A DNA stretch of 64,000 nt from an uncultured Gemmatimonadaceae bacterium. GTDB taxonomy: Bacteria; Gemmatimonadota; Gemmatimonadetes; Gemmatimonadales; Gemmatimonadaceae. This document shows, in pieces, positions 24,560 to 34,634 of this stretch (its first letter is position 1; each line of letters opens with the position of its first letter). Position numbers and translations under genes: made by a program. The notes below the pieces were generated by a model. That model ran no database searches, was not told the origin of the DNA, and saw only the letters and a list, made by a program, of their open reading frames with translations. Where the stretch lies: the NCBI GenBank assembly GCA_963829055.1, contig CAWHHI010000019.1, forward strand, positions 88,718 to 152,717, read 5' to 3'.

Positions 24560-25252
24560 TTAGGCGCGCGGGTGCCACGCGCGTCTGCCGATGGCGCTCG
24601 GCACGCGTGCCGAGCGCCGTCGTCGAGTTGCTCTTATGGGAAGTCGATGCAGTACGGCGGTCGCAGAATGCACCCACCAACAGGGATAATCGTTCGTCGT
24701 CCACAAGCCGAACGGCTGCTCGACCCAGTACGGCTCGGCGTAGGGCCGCGGGTCCATCCGAACACGAATGGTACCGCCCCAACCGCCGCCACCGACCGGT
24801 TTTACCCGGACCTGAACGGACTTGTTGAGTGACAGGCTGACCTCATCGCCCGTCACCTGGCCTTCGAACGCGTCATTGATGTCGACGTACCAAGCGACGA
24901 AGGTATCGTCCGGCGTGAGCGCATAGCAGGAAATCCCCATCCCCGGGCGACTGGTACCAACGATCCGTGTGCCTTCCTGCTTCAACAGCACGGAATTCCA
25001 CTCGTCGTTCTCGATGTATGCGTAGGACTCGCAGTGAACGAGGTCCGTGCTCCCAGGCAATGTGCTCCAAATGTTGAATGCGCTAGTCACCCACGACCCC
25101 GAGATGTTTAGTGGGTCGAATTGCCGGGAAGCAGCAGCCGCCTTTGGCGACATCAGCATTGCGGCGCTTGGTGCCGTCGGCGGGTCGAGCGCCGAACAGG
25201 CGAGGGTCCCACTGAGCGTGACGGCAACGAGCGCGGCAAGGGCACTACGCAT
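24560..25252 (-). CDS. hypothetical lipoprotein (3' end possibly frameshifted)
   Basis: lipobox TLAC; aromatic-rich beta body. Confidence 0.6.
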   Translation of the reverse strand: MRSALAALVAVTLSGTLACSALDPPTAPSAAMLMSPKAAAASRQFDPLNISGSWVTSAFNIWSTLPGSTDLVHCESYAYIENDEWNSVLLKQEGTRIVGTSRPGMGISCYALTPDDTFVAWYVDINDAFEGQVTGDEVSLSLNKSVQVRVKPVGGGGWGGTIRVRMDPRPYAEPYWVEQPFGLWTTNDYPCWWVHSATAVLHRLPIRATRRRRSARVPSAIGRRAWHPRA

Positions 25253-25701
25253 GACGAAACCTGCCTGTTGTTGGACGGGGCCACATTAACACCGCCTAAC
25301 TGTTTTGGAAAGTCAAACGATTATCGCATGGGCCGTCAGTCGAATGCGGCCGCATATCGTCCCCGACCCGGCGAGCGGGGCGGTGCCTAACGCGGACCGG
25401 TCCAGGCCGAGCCTGGTCTGACGCGCCCAAGGTCGTCGCTGACATGGGGAACGCGTCTTAGTCGGCGACCGACGCCGCTCTCATAGGGAGACCGCGTCAG
25501 GGTCGCCGGATCCGGCAGGTGTTTTCACCGCGATTCCCCGCCCTCCGGGACTCACTTTGGACTCACCCTAACGGCTAAGGGGTGAGGCACTCAAAACGTG
25601 CCCCGACCCGGGGGCCGCGTTCACGTGAGTTCGTTGCGAAATGGCGGACGGCCCCCGAGTCCAGTAGCTTCGCGCTCCTCCCTCACGCCCTCCGCCCCCG
25701 C

Positions 25702-26841
25702 ATGCGCTTCCGCTCCCTTCTCGGCGCCTCCGTCTTCTCTGCGCTCGCCTCCGTCCTTCCGGCGCAGGCGCCGGTCACCGCACCCGGGACGGAGCAGTTC
25801 ACCGTGAAGTCGCGCGGCAACGGCGTCGAGTACGTCGTGCAGCTCTGGCTCCCGCCGGGACTCGATACGATGACCGTGCGCCCGCCCGTCTTCATCGTCA
25901 CCGACGCCAACCTTGCCTTCCATACTGTGCACGAGACGGTCGCAATGCTCAGCATCGCGGGAGAAGTGGCGCCTCTCATCGTCGTGGGCGTGGGCTACCC
26001 ACAGACTGACGGGCGCGGATACACGCCGGCATACGCGCTGAGTCGCACGCGTGACTACACGCCGACGAACATCGCCGAGATGCCGGGCGGCGGCGGAAGC
26101 GCAGCCTTTCTCGCCTTCCTCAAGGACGAGCTGGTGCCGATGGTCGAGACGAAGTATCGCGCCGACCCCACGCGGCGCGGGCTCGGGGGACACTCGTTAG
26201 GTGGGCTCTTCTCGACGTACGCTCTCCTGCACGAGCCGGGACTGTTCACGCGCTACTGGATCGGCTCACCGTCGCTCTGGTGGGACAAACAGGTTGCCTT
26301 CTCCTGGCTTCCGGAGGCGAAGAAGCGGAGCGTGCAGCCGTCAGGGCGCGCCTACCTCACCGTCGGCGCCGAGGAGAGCGACGTGATGGTATCGCCGATG
26401 CAGCGGATGACGAGGGAGCTCACGCACAGCTTCCCCGCACTGCGCGTCGGCTCACAGGTCTATGAGAACGAGAGTCACGGCTCGGTCGTCGGCGCCGCCA
26501 TCAGTCGCTCGCTGCGATTCCTCTACGGGGAATTTGGGCGTCCGACGGTGGCGCTCTCGCCTGCGGCTCGCACCCAGTACATCGGGGACTGGAAGTCGCC
26601 GATGATGACAGTGAGCGTGGGGCCATCGCTTGCCGGACTCGAATTGTCGTTCCAGTACACCGGGCTGACGATGCGGACCCCGCTCAAGGCGGCGTCGCCC
26701 GATACGCTATTCAGCGCCGGGGCGGTGTCGTCGCAATTCATCGCGGTGCGCGATGCGAAGGGGAAGGTGACCGCGCTTCGCGGGACGATGCTCGGCGTCA
26801 CGCAAGAGTACACGCGCGCCACGGCGAAGTCGCGGAAGTGA
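25702..26841 (+). CDS. secreted alpha/beta hydrolase (IroE/Fes-like esterase)
   Basis: RDYTP, GHSLGG nucleophile elbow, ESHGS. Confidence 0.88.
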   Translation: MRFRSLLGASVFSALASVLPAQAPVTAPGTEQFTVKSRGNGVEYVVQLWLPPGLDTMTVRPPVFIVTDANLAFHTVHETVAMLSIAGEVAPLIVVGVGYPQTDGRGYTPAYALSRTRDYTPTNIAEMPGGGGSAAFLAFLKDELVPMVETKYRADPTRRGLGGHSLGGLFSTYALLHEPGLFTRYWIGSPSLWWDKQVAFSWLPEAKKRSVQPSGRAYLTVGAEESDVMVSPMQRMTRELTHSFPALRVGSQVYENESHGSVVGAAISRSLRFLYGEFGRPTVALSPAARTQYIGDWKSPMMTVSVGPSLAGLELSFQYTGLTMRTPLKAASPDTLFSAGAVSSQFIAVRDAKGKVTALRGTMLGVTQEYTRATAKSRK

Positions 26842-26960
26842 TGACGCCATGCGCTGGCCGTGACGGACCTCCTGTGAGCGCCGGAGATCCGCCTGACGCG
26901 GATTGCTTGGGGGCCGCGAGAGGCTCACCGCTCCAACAGCGCAGTCGTTTACGCTTCGCT

Positions 26961-27935
26961 CTAAATCTCCCAGTTGGACAGCACGATCCCGCGCTCGGCA
27001 CGCGGTTCGGGATAGCCCGCGAGCGCCATGCGCAGATCCGTCCACCGGACCCGCGCGCCCATCGCCACGAGCCGCGCGTAGGCGTCGACGTACTCGCCCT
27101 GCACGCGAAACGCGACGCGACGCGTCCCGCTCCGCCGGGCGTAGTCCATGAGCGCGCGGCAACACGCATCGAACCGCGCGGGATCGCTCACCACCATCTT
27201 CAGCACGCGCAGCTCCTCGCGCGTGCGACCCTCGACGAGCGGCGCCGTATGACACAGCGCGAACCCGATGAGTCGGCCCGTATCGCGGATGAGCAGCGTG
27301 TCACCTAACGACAGTGCATCCGTGAGCGTGATCTCACGCGTGTAGTCGTACCCCGCCACGAGCGCCTGCGTCAGCGCCAGGCACTCCGCCAGCACATCGT
27401 CCTTGTCGCGCGTCGAGAGGCGGCCATAGAGCTGCGCCGGCGCGTCGCCGCTCGCCGCATCGAGCGTGAGCGTCACGGTCAGGCGCGTCGGGAGGAAGCC
27501 GAGGCCGGAGTAGAAGCCGATGTTGTCCATCGTGCGCGGCATCGTCTCCAGGCCAATGACCGTGGACGCTCTCTCGGTCAGCCACCGCACGCCCGCGCGC
27601 ACGATCTCTTTCCCCAGGCCCCCGCCCTGCCACTCCGGCCGCACCGCGAGTGGGCCCATCCACCCTTCAATCCCCGAATGGTGCGCGATGTTGAAGGCGA
27701 CGATCTCGTCACGCTCGCCACGCCACACCATTGCTCCTGAACCGGCATCGTCGATCGCATAACGCCAGATGGCCGGATTGAGGAATGGCACCCGCACGCC
27801 GACCATGCCATCGCGACGGTAGCGCTCCGTGAACGCGTCGCTGAAGACCTGATTGAGTGCGGGAACGTCAGCGAGCCGCACGGGATGCGGTCCGTCAGCA
27901 TGACGAGCGGTCTTCCAATCGCGCGCCGTCGCCAT
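26961..27935 (-). CDS. GNAT family acetyltransferase (two-domain)
   Basis: GPLAVRPEWQGGGLGK, GFYSGLGF; TGATG-coupled to rad50. Confidence 0.85.
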   Translation of the reverse strand: MATARDWKTARHADGPHPVRLADVPALNQVFSDAFTERYRRDGMVGVRVPFLNPAIWRYAIDDAGSGAMVWRGERDEIVAFNIAHHSGIEGWMGPLAVRPEWQGGGLGKEIVRAGVRWLTERASTVIGLETMPRTMDNIGFYSGLGFLPTRLTVTLTLDAASGDAPAQLYGRLSTRDKDDVLAECLALTQALVAGYDYTREITLTDALSLGDTLLIRDTGRLIGFALCHTAPLVEGRTREELRVLKMVVSDPARFDACCRALMDYARRSGTRRVAFRVQGEYVDAYARLVAMGARVRWTDLRMALAGYPEPRAERGIVLSNWEI

Positions 27936-30409
27936 CAGCTCGCAGCCTCGATCCGCTCGTACATGTCGTCGCCCATCTCGTCCGTGCCGGTCGGCAACTC
28001 GAGCTCCAGCCGGTCGCTCTGTGTCACGACCGACGCTCCGGTTTCCTCATCGTAGCGCACGCTGATGATCTGATCCAATCCCTCGCGCACCGACTCGATG
28101 TGCGTGATGAGAATGACCTGCTCGAACCGATCCTGCAACCGGCGCAGCAGCTCGACGACGTTACCGCGACGCGACTCGTCGAGGGAGCCGAACACTTCGT
28201 CCAGCACGAGGAGCGAGAACTGCTGACCGGCGCGCTCGGCGATCATCTGGGAGATCGCGAGGCGGAGGACGAGGTTCGCGAGGTCCTCCTCGCCTCCCGA
28301 GATCACCGGCTTGGGGATGCCGTCCTCGAGCACGAGGACGTTGTAGTTGTCGTCGAGCTCCAGCTCGGAATATCGAGCGTCCGTCAGGTCGTGCAGGAAC
28401 GCGCTCGCAAGCTCGGAGAGCTCGGGACGGAGCTGAAAGTTCAGATCGGTGCGGAGATCCGAGTACGCACGATCGAGCTCATCATGAAGGCGACGGTCGA
28501 CCTGCAACGCGTCGAGCTTGCCTTGCGTGCGCTCGAGCTCCTGCCGCGACTTCTCCGCGCCTTCCAGCGCCGAGCGTGCGGCGTTCGCGTCGCCCTGAGC
28601 CGACGCCGCGGCAACTTCGGCAGCGCGAGCGTTGGTAGCCGCGGTCTCGTACGCGGTGCGCAGGGCGGCGTAGTCAGTCTCGGAGAACTCGACGCTCTGA
28701 CGACGCTCGCGGAGCCCGGCGAGTCTGTCGCGCAGCGCGCCTAACGTGGCGCTCACACGCGCGCGCTCGATCTCCAGCTGCGGTGCACGGTCGATCTGCG
28801 CGCTGAGCCGAGTTGCACGCTCGTTCAGCGGAACGAGACGCTCCACCTCGCGCCTGAGCGACGCGTGCTTCGCGCCATCATAGCCGGGCGGAATGGCCGC
28901 AAGGTCGCGCCGCACGACGTCATGCCGCTGCTCCTTGGCGCTGATGTCCTTCGAGAGCTGCGTCAGCTCCTGCACCGCGGCCTGCACCTTCGCCAGTCGC
29001 CGCTCGAGAGCACCAACCTCGCCGGTGAGCGCGCGACGTGCCTCGTCGAGCTGCTTCACCTCCTCGGGCATCTCCTCCAGCTGGTCGAGGCGTGTGTTGT
29101 AGAAGCGGCCGTCGACGGCGATGGTCTCGAGCTGGTCGTCGAAATGCTCGAGAACACCGCGGTAGTGCTGATCGAGCGGCCGCGTGCACACAGGGCAGGT
29201 GCCCTCTTCGCCGAGATCGACGATGCGGTCGCGCTGCGCCTTGAGCTCCGCGTACTGGCGGCGCAGCGCGTCACGCTTCGTCTCCGCTTCCTGCCGGTCG
29301 CGCACCCACTCGGTACGCCGCGCTTCGAGGTGGCCGAGACTCTCTTCGAGCTCCTTGCGCTTGGCCTCGACCGCGATCGTCGCCTCTTCCTCGAGGATCG
29401 GCGCATTGAACACCCGCGCGCGCCGCTCTCGCAGGCGCGTGAGCTCATCGCTCAGCGAGCGCTCGGTCTCGACGAGCGTCTGCCGTCTCCCTTCCTCGCG
29501 CGCCAGACGCTCGTAGCGCTGGAACTCCTCGGCGATCTGCGAGAGCGGCTGCAGCTCGGTGGCCAGGGCCTCGAGCTCCGCGCTTGCGGCGCTCACGCCG
29601 GCAAGCTCACGCGTCACGCGATCGGATTCGCGGGCCAGTCCCGCTTCCTCCGCCTCCGCCACGCGGAGCTCCGCGAGCAGTTCCTGGAGACGATCGCGCT
29701 CTTTCTGTGCGCGCTCCCAGCGCGGCGTTAGGTCGGCGAGCACCGCCTCGCGCTCACGACGCGCCTTCTCGGCTGTCGCCGCCGCCTGACGCGCTGCCGC
29801 GAGACGGTGCTCCGAATCAGCGAGCACACGCGCCACGACGTCCGGATCGGGCATCGCGCCGCGCAGGCCGGCGGTTTCGGCCGAGATGAGGCGTCGACGC
29901 TCGCGGACGAGCTGCTGCGCGGTTCTCAGCTTCTCGTAGCCGAGTACGCGGGAGAGGAACTGTGCGCGCTCGGACGGCCCCATGGCCGCCATCACGTTCA
30001 GCTCCTTCTGCCCCGTGAAATACGTATTGAAAAACTCCGAGCGCGACATGCCGAGCCGGCGCTGCAGCAGCTCGTTGACGCCGGTGATCGTGTTCGCGAT
30101 CGGCTGCGAGCCGCCATCGAGGTACAGCTCGGAATTCGTTAGGCCGCGGATGATGCGGTAGCGATGACCCGCGAGCTCGAAGTCGAGCTCCACGCGTACC
30201 GGCGAGCGCGGCGCCGCGCGCGTGAAGCGGATGGAGTCGCGCGTACCGCGAGTCGCGGAATTGCCGTACAGCGCCCACGCGATGGCTTCGAGCAGCGTCG
30301 TCTTGCCGGAGCCGTTCGTGCCGATGATGCCGGTGAGGCCCGTCTCGAACGTGACGACGGTGTCCGCGTGCTGGCGGAAATTCTGGAGCTGAAGCCGGTG
30401 GAGTCTCAC
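27935..30409 (-). CDS. sbcC: Rad50/SbcC SMC-family ATPase
   Basis: Walker A GTNGSGKT, coiled coil with CPVC zinc hook, signature ISGGE, Walker B/D-loop LDEVFGSLD, ITH. Confidence 0.93.
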   Translation of the reverse strand: MRLHRLQLQNFRQHADTVVTFETGLTGIIGTNGSGKTTLLEAIAWALYGNSATRGTRDSIRFTRAAPRSPVRVELDFELAGHRYRIIRGLTNSELYLDGGSQPIANTITGVNELLQRRLGMSRSEFFNTYFTGQKELNVMAAMGPSERAQFLSRVLGYEKLRTAQQLVRERRRLISAETAGLRGAMPDPDVVARVLADSEHRLAAARQAAATAEKARREREAVLADLTPRWERAQKERDRLQELLAELRVAEAEEAGLARESDRVTRELAGVSAASAELEALATELQPLSQIAEEFQRYERLAREEGRRQTLVETERSLSDELTRLRERRARVFNAPILEEEATIAVEAKRKELEESLGHLEARRTEWVRDRQEAETKRDALRRQYAELKAQRDRIVDLGEEGTCPVCTRPLDQHYRGVLEHFDDQLETIAVDGRFYNTRLDQLEEMPEEVKQLDEARRALTGEVGALERRLAKVQAAVQELTQLSKDISAKEQRHDVVRRDLAAIPPGYDGAKHASLRREVERLVPLNERATRLSAQIDRAPQLEIERARVSATLGALRDRLAGLRERRQSVEFSETDYAALRTAYETAATNARAAEVAAASAQGDANAARSALEGAEKSRQELERTQGKLDALQVDRRLHDELDRAYSDLRTDLNFQLRPELSELASAFLHDLTDARYSELELDDNYNVLVLEDGIPKPVISGGEEDLANLVLRLAISQMIAERAGQQFSLLVLDEVFGSLDESRRGNVVELLRRLQDRFEQVILITHIESVREGLDQIISVRYDEETGASVVTQSDRLELELPTGTDEMGDDMYERIEAAS

Positions 30410-30419
30410 GGCGTGGTCG

Positions 30420-31613
30420 TCACTCGGGCGCCCCGATACCGACTGGCGTCGTCGCTTCGATCGTCTCAGCCTCACGCAGGTAGTCGAGGCCGAGCGTCAC
30501 CAGGCGATCGCGGTCGATGTCCGAGGTCATGACGCGCCGCTGCAGATGATCGCGCACCGTGTCGGCGAGCGATGGGCGCCGGCCTGGGCCACCACTGGCG
30601 ACCGTGCGAATGATCTCGGGTCGACGCGTGTCGAGGTGATAGTGCAGCGCGCGCCGCTTGAGCTCACGCAGCGCCTTGTGATCGAGCTCGCGCGCGATGT
30701 GGCGCGGCACGTCGCGCACGACCTGACGCACGATCTTGTCATCGATACCGCCGCTGACGCGGGCCACACCCGCCTGGATCGCGGCGTCGAGATCGGCCGA
30801 CGACATCCCCCGTGCCGCGATGATCGGCAGGTCGACGAGCGGTCGCGTCGCCGGAAGGAAGTGGAACTTCCGCTTCTCCGTCGCGATGTCGTACTCGATC
30901 ATGCCCTTGCCCGGCAGCTTCACGGTGCGCTCTTCCGTCAGCTCGCTCCACACGTTCACACTCGTGTACTCCATGGAGCCCGAGTAGTACATGTTAGGCG
31001 CGACCTGTCGGTACACGTGGTAGTGGCCGAGGGCGACGTAGTTCCACCGCGGCGCGTCGATCTCCTCCACCGTGATCTCGACGGTCGAACGCTCCTGCGC
31101 TACCGCGTCAGCGGGCAAAATCCCCGGGAGCTCGCAATGGATCACGAGCACGTTGTGCTTCGCCGCGGGGTCCGGATCCAGCACCGGATGATCCTTCAGC
31201 GCGTCCGGCACGGCGAGAATCGAGAGCTCGCGATCGGGGAACGAGAGCCGCTCTGGCTCGCCGTAGACGACATGGATGCCGAGCGGCGTGAAGAGCCGCA
31301 GGATGCATCCCATCTCGCTGGACTTCGGCGTGTCGTGGTTGCCGGCGATCATCACGATGATCGCGTCAGGCAGCCCCTGCTTGAGTCGGCTGAACTGCTG
31401 AAACGCGTGGACGATCGCGGTGTTCGTCGGGCGCACCGCGTGGAACACGTCTCCGGCGATCAGGACAATGTCGGGCGCGACCTCGATGATCTTGTCGATG
31501 GCGCGCTTGAACGCCATCGCGACGTCCCATTCGCGCTGATTGACGCCGGTCGGCGTCTGCCGCTGATACTGGCGGAAGCCGAGGTGCAGATCGGAGATGT
31601 GAATCAACCGCAT
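30420..31613 (-). CDS. sbcD: Mre11/SbcD metallophosphoesterase nuclease
   Basis: SDLHLG, AGDVFH, GNHD, LGHYH, YSGS. Confidence 0.93.
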   Translation of the reverse strand: MRLIHISDLHLGFRQYQRQTPTGVNQREWDVAMAFKRAIDKIIEVAPDIVLIAGDVFHAVRPTNTAIVHAFQQFSRLKQGLPDAIIVMIAGNHDTPKSSEMGCILRLFTPLGIHVVYGEPERLSFPDRELSILAVPDALKDHPVLDPDPAAKHNVLVIHCELPGILPADAVAQERSTVEITVEEIDAPRWNYVALGHYHVYRQVAPNMYYSGSMEYTSVNVWSELTEERTVKLPGKGMIEYDIATEKRKFHFLPATRPLVDLPIIAARGMSSADLDAAIQAGVARVSGGIDDKIVRQVVRDVPRHIARELDHKALRELKRRALHYHLDTRRPEIIRTVASGGPGRRPSLADTVRDHLQRRVMTSDIDRDRLVTLGLDYLREAETIEATTPVGIGAPE

Positions 31614-31651
31614 AAGCCAAATATAGGCCGCAACACGCCTTACGACAGCCG

Positions 31652-32515
31652 CTAGGGCACTGCCCGCACCCACTGGGTGACCTTCATATGGACCCGCATC
31701 GCGTCGGCGGTGCTGCCGCTGTTCGGGGTGACGACAGACCGGACGATGTAGGTCATGCGTGCATCGTTGATCCAGCCGCGACGCCGGTCGATAACCAGCC
31801 CTCCGGTCATGGACCCGGACATGGTCATCGTCGCCCAACCGTCTTTCGACGACGGCGGCCGACTCAGAATCCCGACCAGGGACACGTACGCCCGCTCACC
31901 GTTGCGCGACAGCGAGTCGAGTCGGAACGTCGCCTGCAGCTTGCCAGCGTTCTTCGCGTCGCCCGTGGCCCCGAGCGGTGCCATCATCACCCGCGACCAG
32001 CGAGCACCGACTTCGACGGTGCTGTTCGGCAGCGTCGCGGGCATCTGCGCGAAGAGCGCATTCAACTCGGCGCTGCCATCCGCGCCGCCGTCGACGACTT
32101 CCGTTGCGCCGTCGGGTGCAATGCGAAGACGCACCCGCTTTCCCTGCATCGCGCGGCGCGTTTCTGTCGCGACGGTGAGAGAATCGGCGCCGCTACTCGA
32201 CGCGGCGACGGAATCCGTGGACGTGAGCAGAATGCTCGCGTCACGGTCGCGCCGCTCGACGAACGTGCGCGAAATGACGAGCAGCGTCGTGACGACCGTC
32301 GCCGTGGAGTCGCCCGCGCCCATGCGCGTGGTGCCCGACATCTCGACGCGCTGATCGAGTCGCATGCGCAGCGTCTCGCCAACCGGCGGCTCGATGCGCA
32401 GCGACACCTGTTGCGCGCCCACCGTCGCACTCCGGGCCACGCATGCGATGGAGAGAGCGACAGCGACGCGCGTGGCCGCGACTGCGCGGCGGTACTCAGA
32501 ATCCGTACGGGTCAT
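31652..32515 (-). CDS. secreted beta-rich hypothetical protein
   Basis: signal-like N-terminus (…TVGA/QQ); LPNSTVEVGARW; IDRRRGWI. Confidence 0.7.
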   Translation of the reverse strand: MTRTDSEYRRAVAATRVAVALSIACVARSATVGAQQVSLRIEPPVGETLRMRLDQRVEMSGTTRMGAGDSTATVVTTLLVISRTFVERRDRDASILLTSTDSVAASSSGADSLTVATETRRAMQGKRVRLRIAPDGATEVVDGGADGSAELNALFAQMPATLPNSTVEVGARWSRVMMAPLGATGDAKNAGKLQATFRLDSLSRNGERAYVSLVGILSRPPSSKDGWATMTMSGSMTGGLVIDRRRGWINDARMTYIVRSVVTPNSGSTADAMRVHMKVTQWVRAVP

Positions 32516-34484
32516 CCCCGGGAGTGGTGCGCAACGGTTGCACCGGCGTACGCGTCGGCTGGCGCGGCGGGACAATGCGTCGGAACTGTCCCGCGAAGAA
32601 CGTCTTCACGTCTTCCGGCCGCTCGTGTAGTGTCGCGTTGCGCGCACGGATGACTTCCTCTTCGGTCGCGATGGCGATGACGTCTTTCACCCAGCCTAAC
32701 GTGATGCCTGCATCGAGCCGGCGCAGGGACCGCACCACCGCGTGCTCCAGCGTGACCTCCGCCGCCTGCGGATAGCGCTCCGCGCCCTCGCGACCAAGCA
32801 TCACGGCGGGACGCGGGAAGCGGACGAAGATCGGCTGCGTGAAATGGGGGTGACGCACCATCAGCTGTCCCTTCTCGAGCGTCGCCAGCTTCGTTCGCGT
32901 GGATGGACTGAGCACCGCGTACCCGGGCGTCGCGAGCTCGTCCGAGTCCATGCGTCCATAGAGCGCGGTTCCCGAGTTCCCGACGACGCGTCGATGCACC
33001 TGTGAGCGGAACTGTTGCGCGCTGAACAACACGAGCCCGAGGTATCGGCCGCGCTCGGATATATCGAGCAGCATCTTCCGAACGTAGGTGTCCTGACCGT
33101 CACCGGGTGCGTACTTGTTCAGCTCATCCACGAACACGATCACGTGCTTCACGCCCAGGTCGCGCCGCTCGAGATGCTCGCGGAGTTTCGACACGACGCG
33201 CGCGAAGATCAGGTCCTGCGCGTCTTCCTCGAGATTCGCGACGTCCACCACGTACACCGCGCGGTCCGCGAAGTTGCCGAACGGCAGGTCGCTCACGGTG
33301 CCGTCGTCCGTCACGAGACCGGCGCAACGCGTAGAAATGTTCGACAGGCGATTCCGGACTTTTCGGATGGTGGCGACGTGGTGTGTGCGCCAGCTCTGGT
33401 CGTCCTTGGCCTCGAGCGCGCGCAGCACGTCGCGGAACCACTTCTCGAGATCGGAGAACGACTGCACGCGATAGCGCGTGGCGCCGAGGATGTCATCGCT
33501 GAAGTCCTTGTCGATGACGCGCTCCTTGATGAAGTCGATGAGCGCGTCCGCCTTCGCGTCGATGTCATCCTTGTTGAGCAATACCTCGGCGAACTGCAGC
33601 ACTTCGCGCAGTCCCCACGTCAGCGGCGTGACGTTCTCGAGGAGCGCCTCGTTCGACCGCAGCGTGTTGAGCGAGAACCCCTTCGCGTTGTACGGCGCGA
33701 AGTATTCGACGTTCTCGAACGGCCGCGCAGGGACACCGAGCTTCTCGTACAGGTCGCGGTCGCGATCATCGAGCACGCCCGGCTGGTCGAGGAAGCAAAG
33801 GTCCGGACCTTTGACGTTGAAGCACACGGCGGCGATGGAGCCGCGGCTGGCCGGAAAGTGCGTGAAGATCGACGAGAGCAGCCACTCGACGGCGCTCGTC
33901 TTCGTGGCGAGGCCGGATACGCCCGTGATGTTCAGGTGCGCGGCCTCGGGTCCGACGAGGAAGTCGGCGTCGAGGTAGATCGCGGAGTCGGTGCCGCCCG
34001 CGCGGTACACGCCGATTGGAATACCGGTGTGATGCCCGTCGCGCAGGTAGCCGTCCATCCGGAGCGCGACGGCCACGTCTTCCTCGGTCGCGAGAAAGAC
34101 CTGACCCATCGGCACGGGTTGCAGCGGCTCGTCCGGAATCTGACGGAGTACCGCCGCGGTGTAGAGGCGGATCTCGGCTCGGTCAGTCGCGGCGAATCCC
34201 GCGCTCTGCGGCGTGCCGTCGTGGCCAATGACGTCGTGCAGCGGCGATGCGAGGTCCGTGTAGCTGAACCCCTCGACGACAACGCCGTACACGTGTGGGA
34301 TCAGACCATTCGCGACGCGTCCATCGACGCGCACGATCGTGCCGATCCCGACTGGAGATTCGAGCGCCGTCCAGAAATGAAATTCGTGCGGAGTGTTCGG
34401 GCGTCGTTCTGTCGCGACGACGCGTCCGAGGGCCGCGGGGATTTCTGACGGAGCGGACGGCGTGCCTGAGGGTGTATCTGTCAC
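32496..34484 (-). CDS. herA: HerA-family helicase/ATPase
   Basis: N-terminal HAS-barrel-like region; HLNITGVSGLATKTS; FNVKG; Walker B FVDELNKYAP; ERGRYLG; AQQ. Confidence 0.85.
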   Translation of the reverse strand: MTDTPSGTPSAPSEIPAALGRVVATERRPNTPHEFHFWTALESPVGIGTIVRVDGRVANGLIPHVYGVVVEGFSYTDLASPLHDVIGHDGTPQSAGFAATDRAEIRLYTAAVLRQIPDEPLQPVPMGQVFLATEEDVAVALRMDGYLRDGHHTGIPIGVYRAGGTDSAIYLDADFLVGPEAAHLNITGVSGLATKTSAVEWLLSSIFTHFPASRGSIAAVCFNVKGPDLCFLDQPGVLDDRDRDLYEKLGVPARPFENVEYFAPYNAKGFSLNTLRSNEALLENVTPLTWGLREVLQFAEVLLNKDDIDAKADALIDFIKERVIDKDFSDDILGATRYRVQSFSDLEKWFRDVLRALEAKDDQSWRTHHVATIRKVRNRLSNISTRCAGLVTDDGTVSDLPFGNFADRAVYVVDVANLEEDAQDLIFARVVSKLREHLERRDLGVKHVIVFVDELNKYAPGDGQDTYVRKMLLDISERGRYLGLVLFSAQQFRSQVHRRVVGNSGTALYGRMDSDELATPGYAVLSPSTRTKLATLEKGQLMVRHPHFTQPIFVRFPRPAVMLGREGAERYPQAAEVTLEHAVVRSLRRLDAGITLGWVKDVIAIATEEEVIRARNATLHERPEDVKTFFAGQFRRIVPPRQPTRTPVQPLRTTPGDDPYGF

Positions 34485-34634
34485 GACGGCGGGCGCGAAG
34501 GCTGAAGGAGGTCGAATGTCGTCGCGTTCGGTGGCTCGTGCAAACTACCGTTCGGTGGCAGGCGGCGGCCGTATTGCCAGGCACGGGGCTGACGGGCGAT
34601 CGTCCGCATTGGCGCGTGCCGCCCACCGCACTGT

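Noticed and set aside
33015..34448. Long antisense and alternate-frame ORFs (this one and many others)
   Set aside because: Shadow ORFs typical of high-GC coding DNA, overlapping well-supported genes
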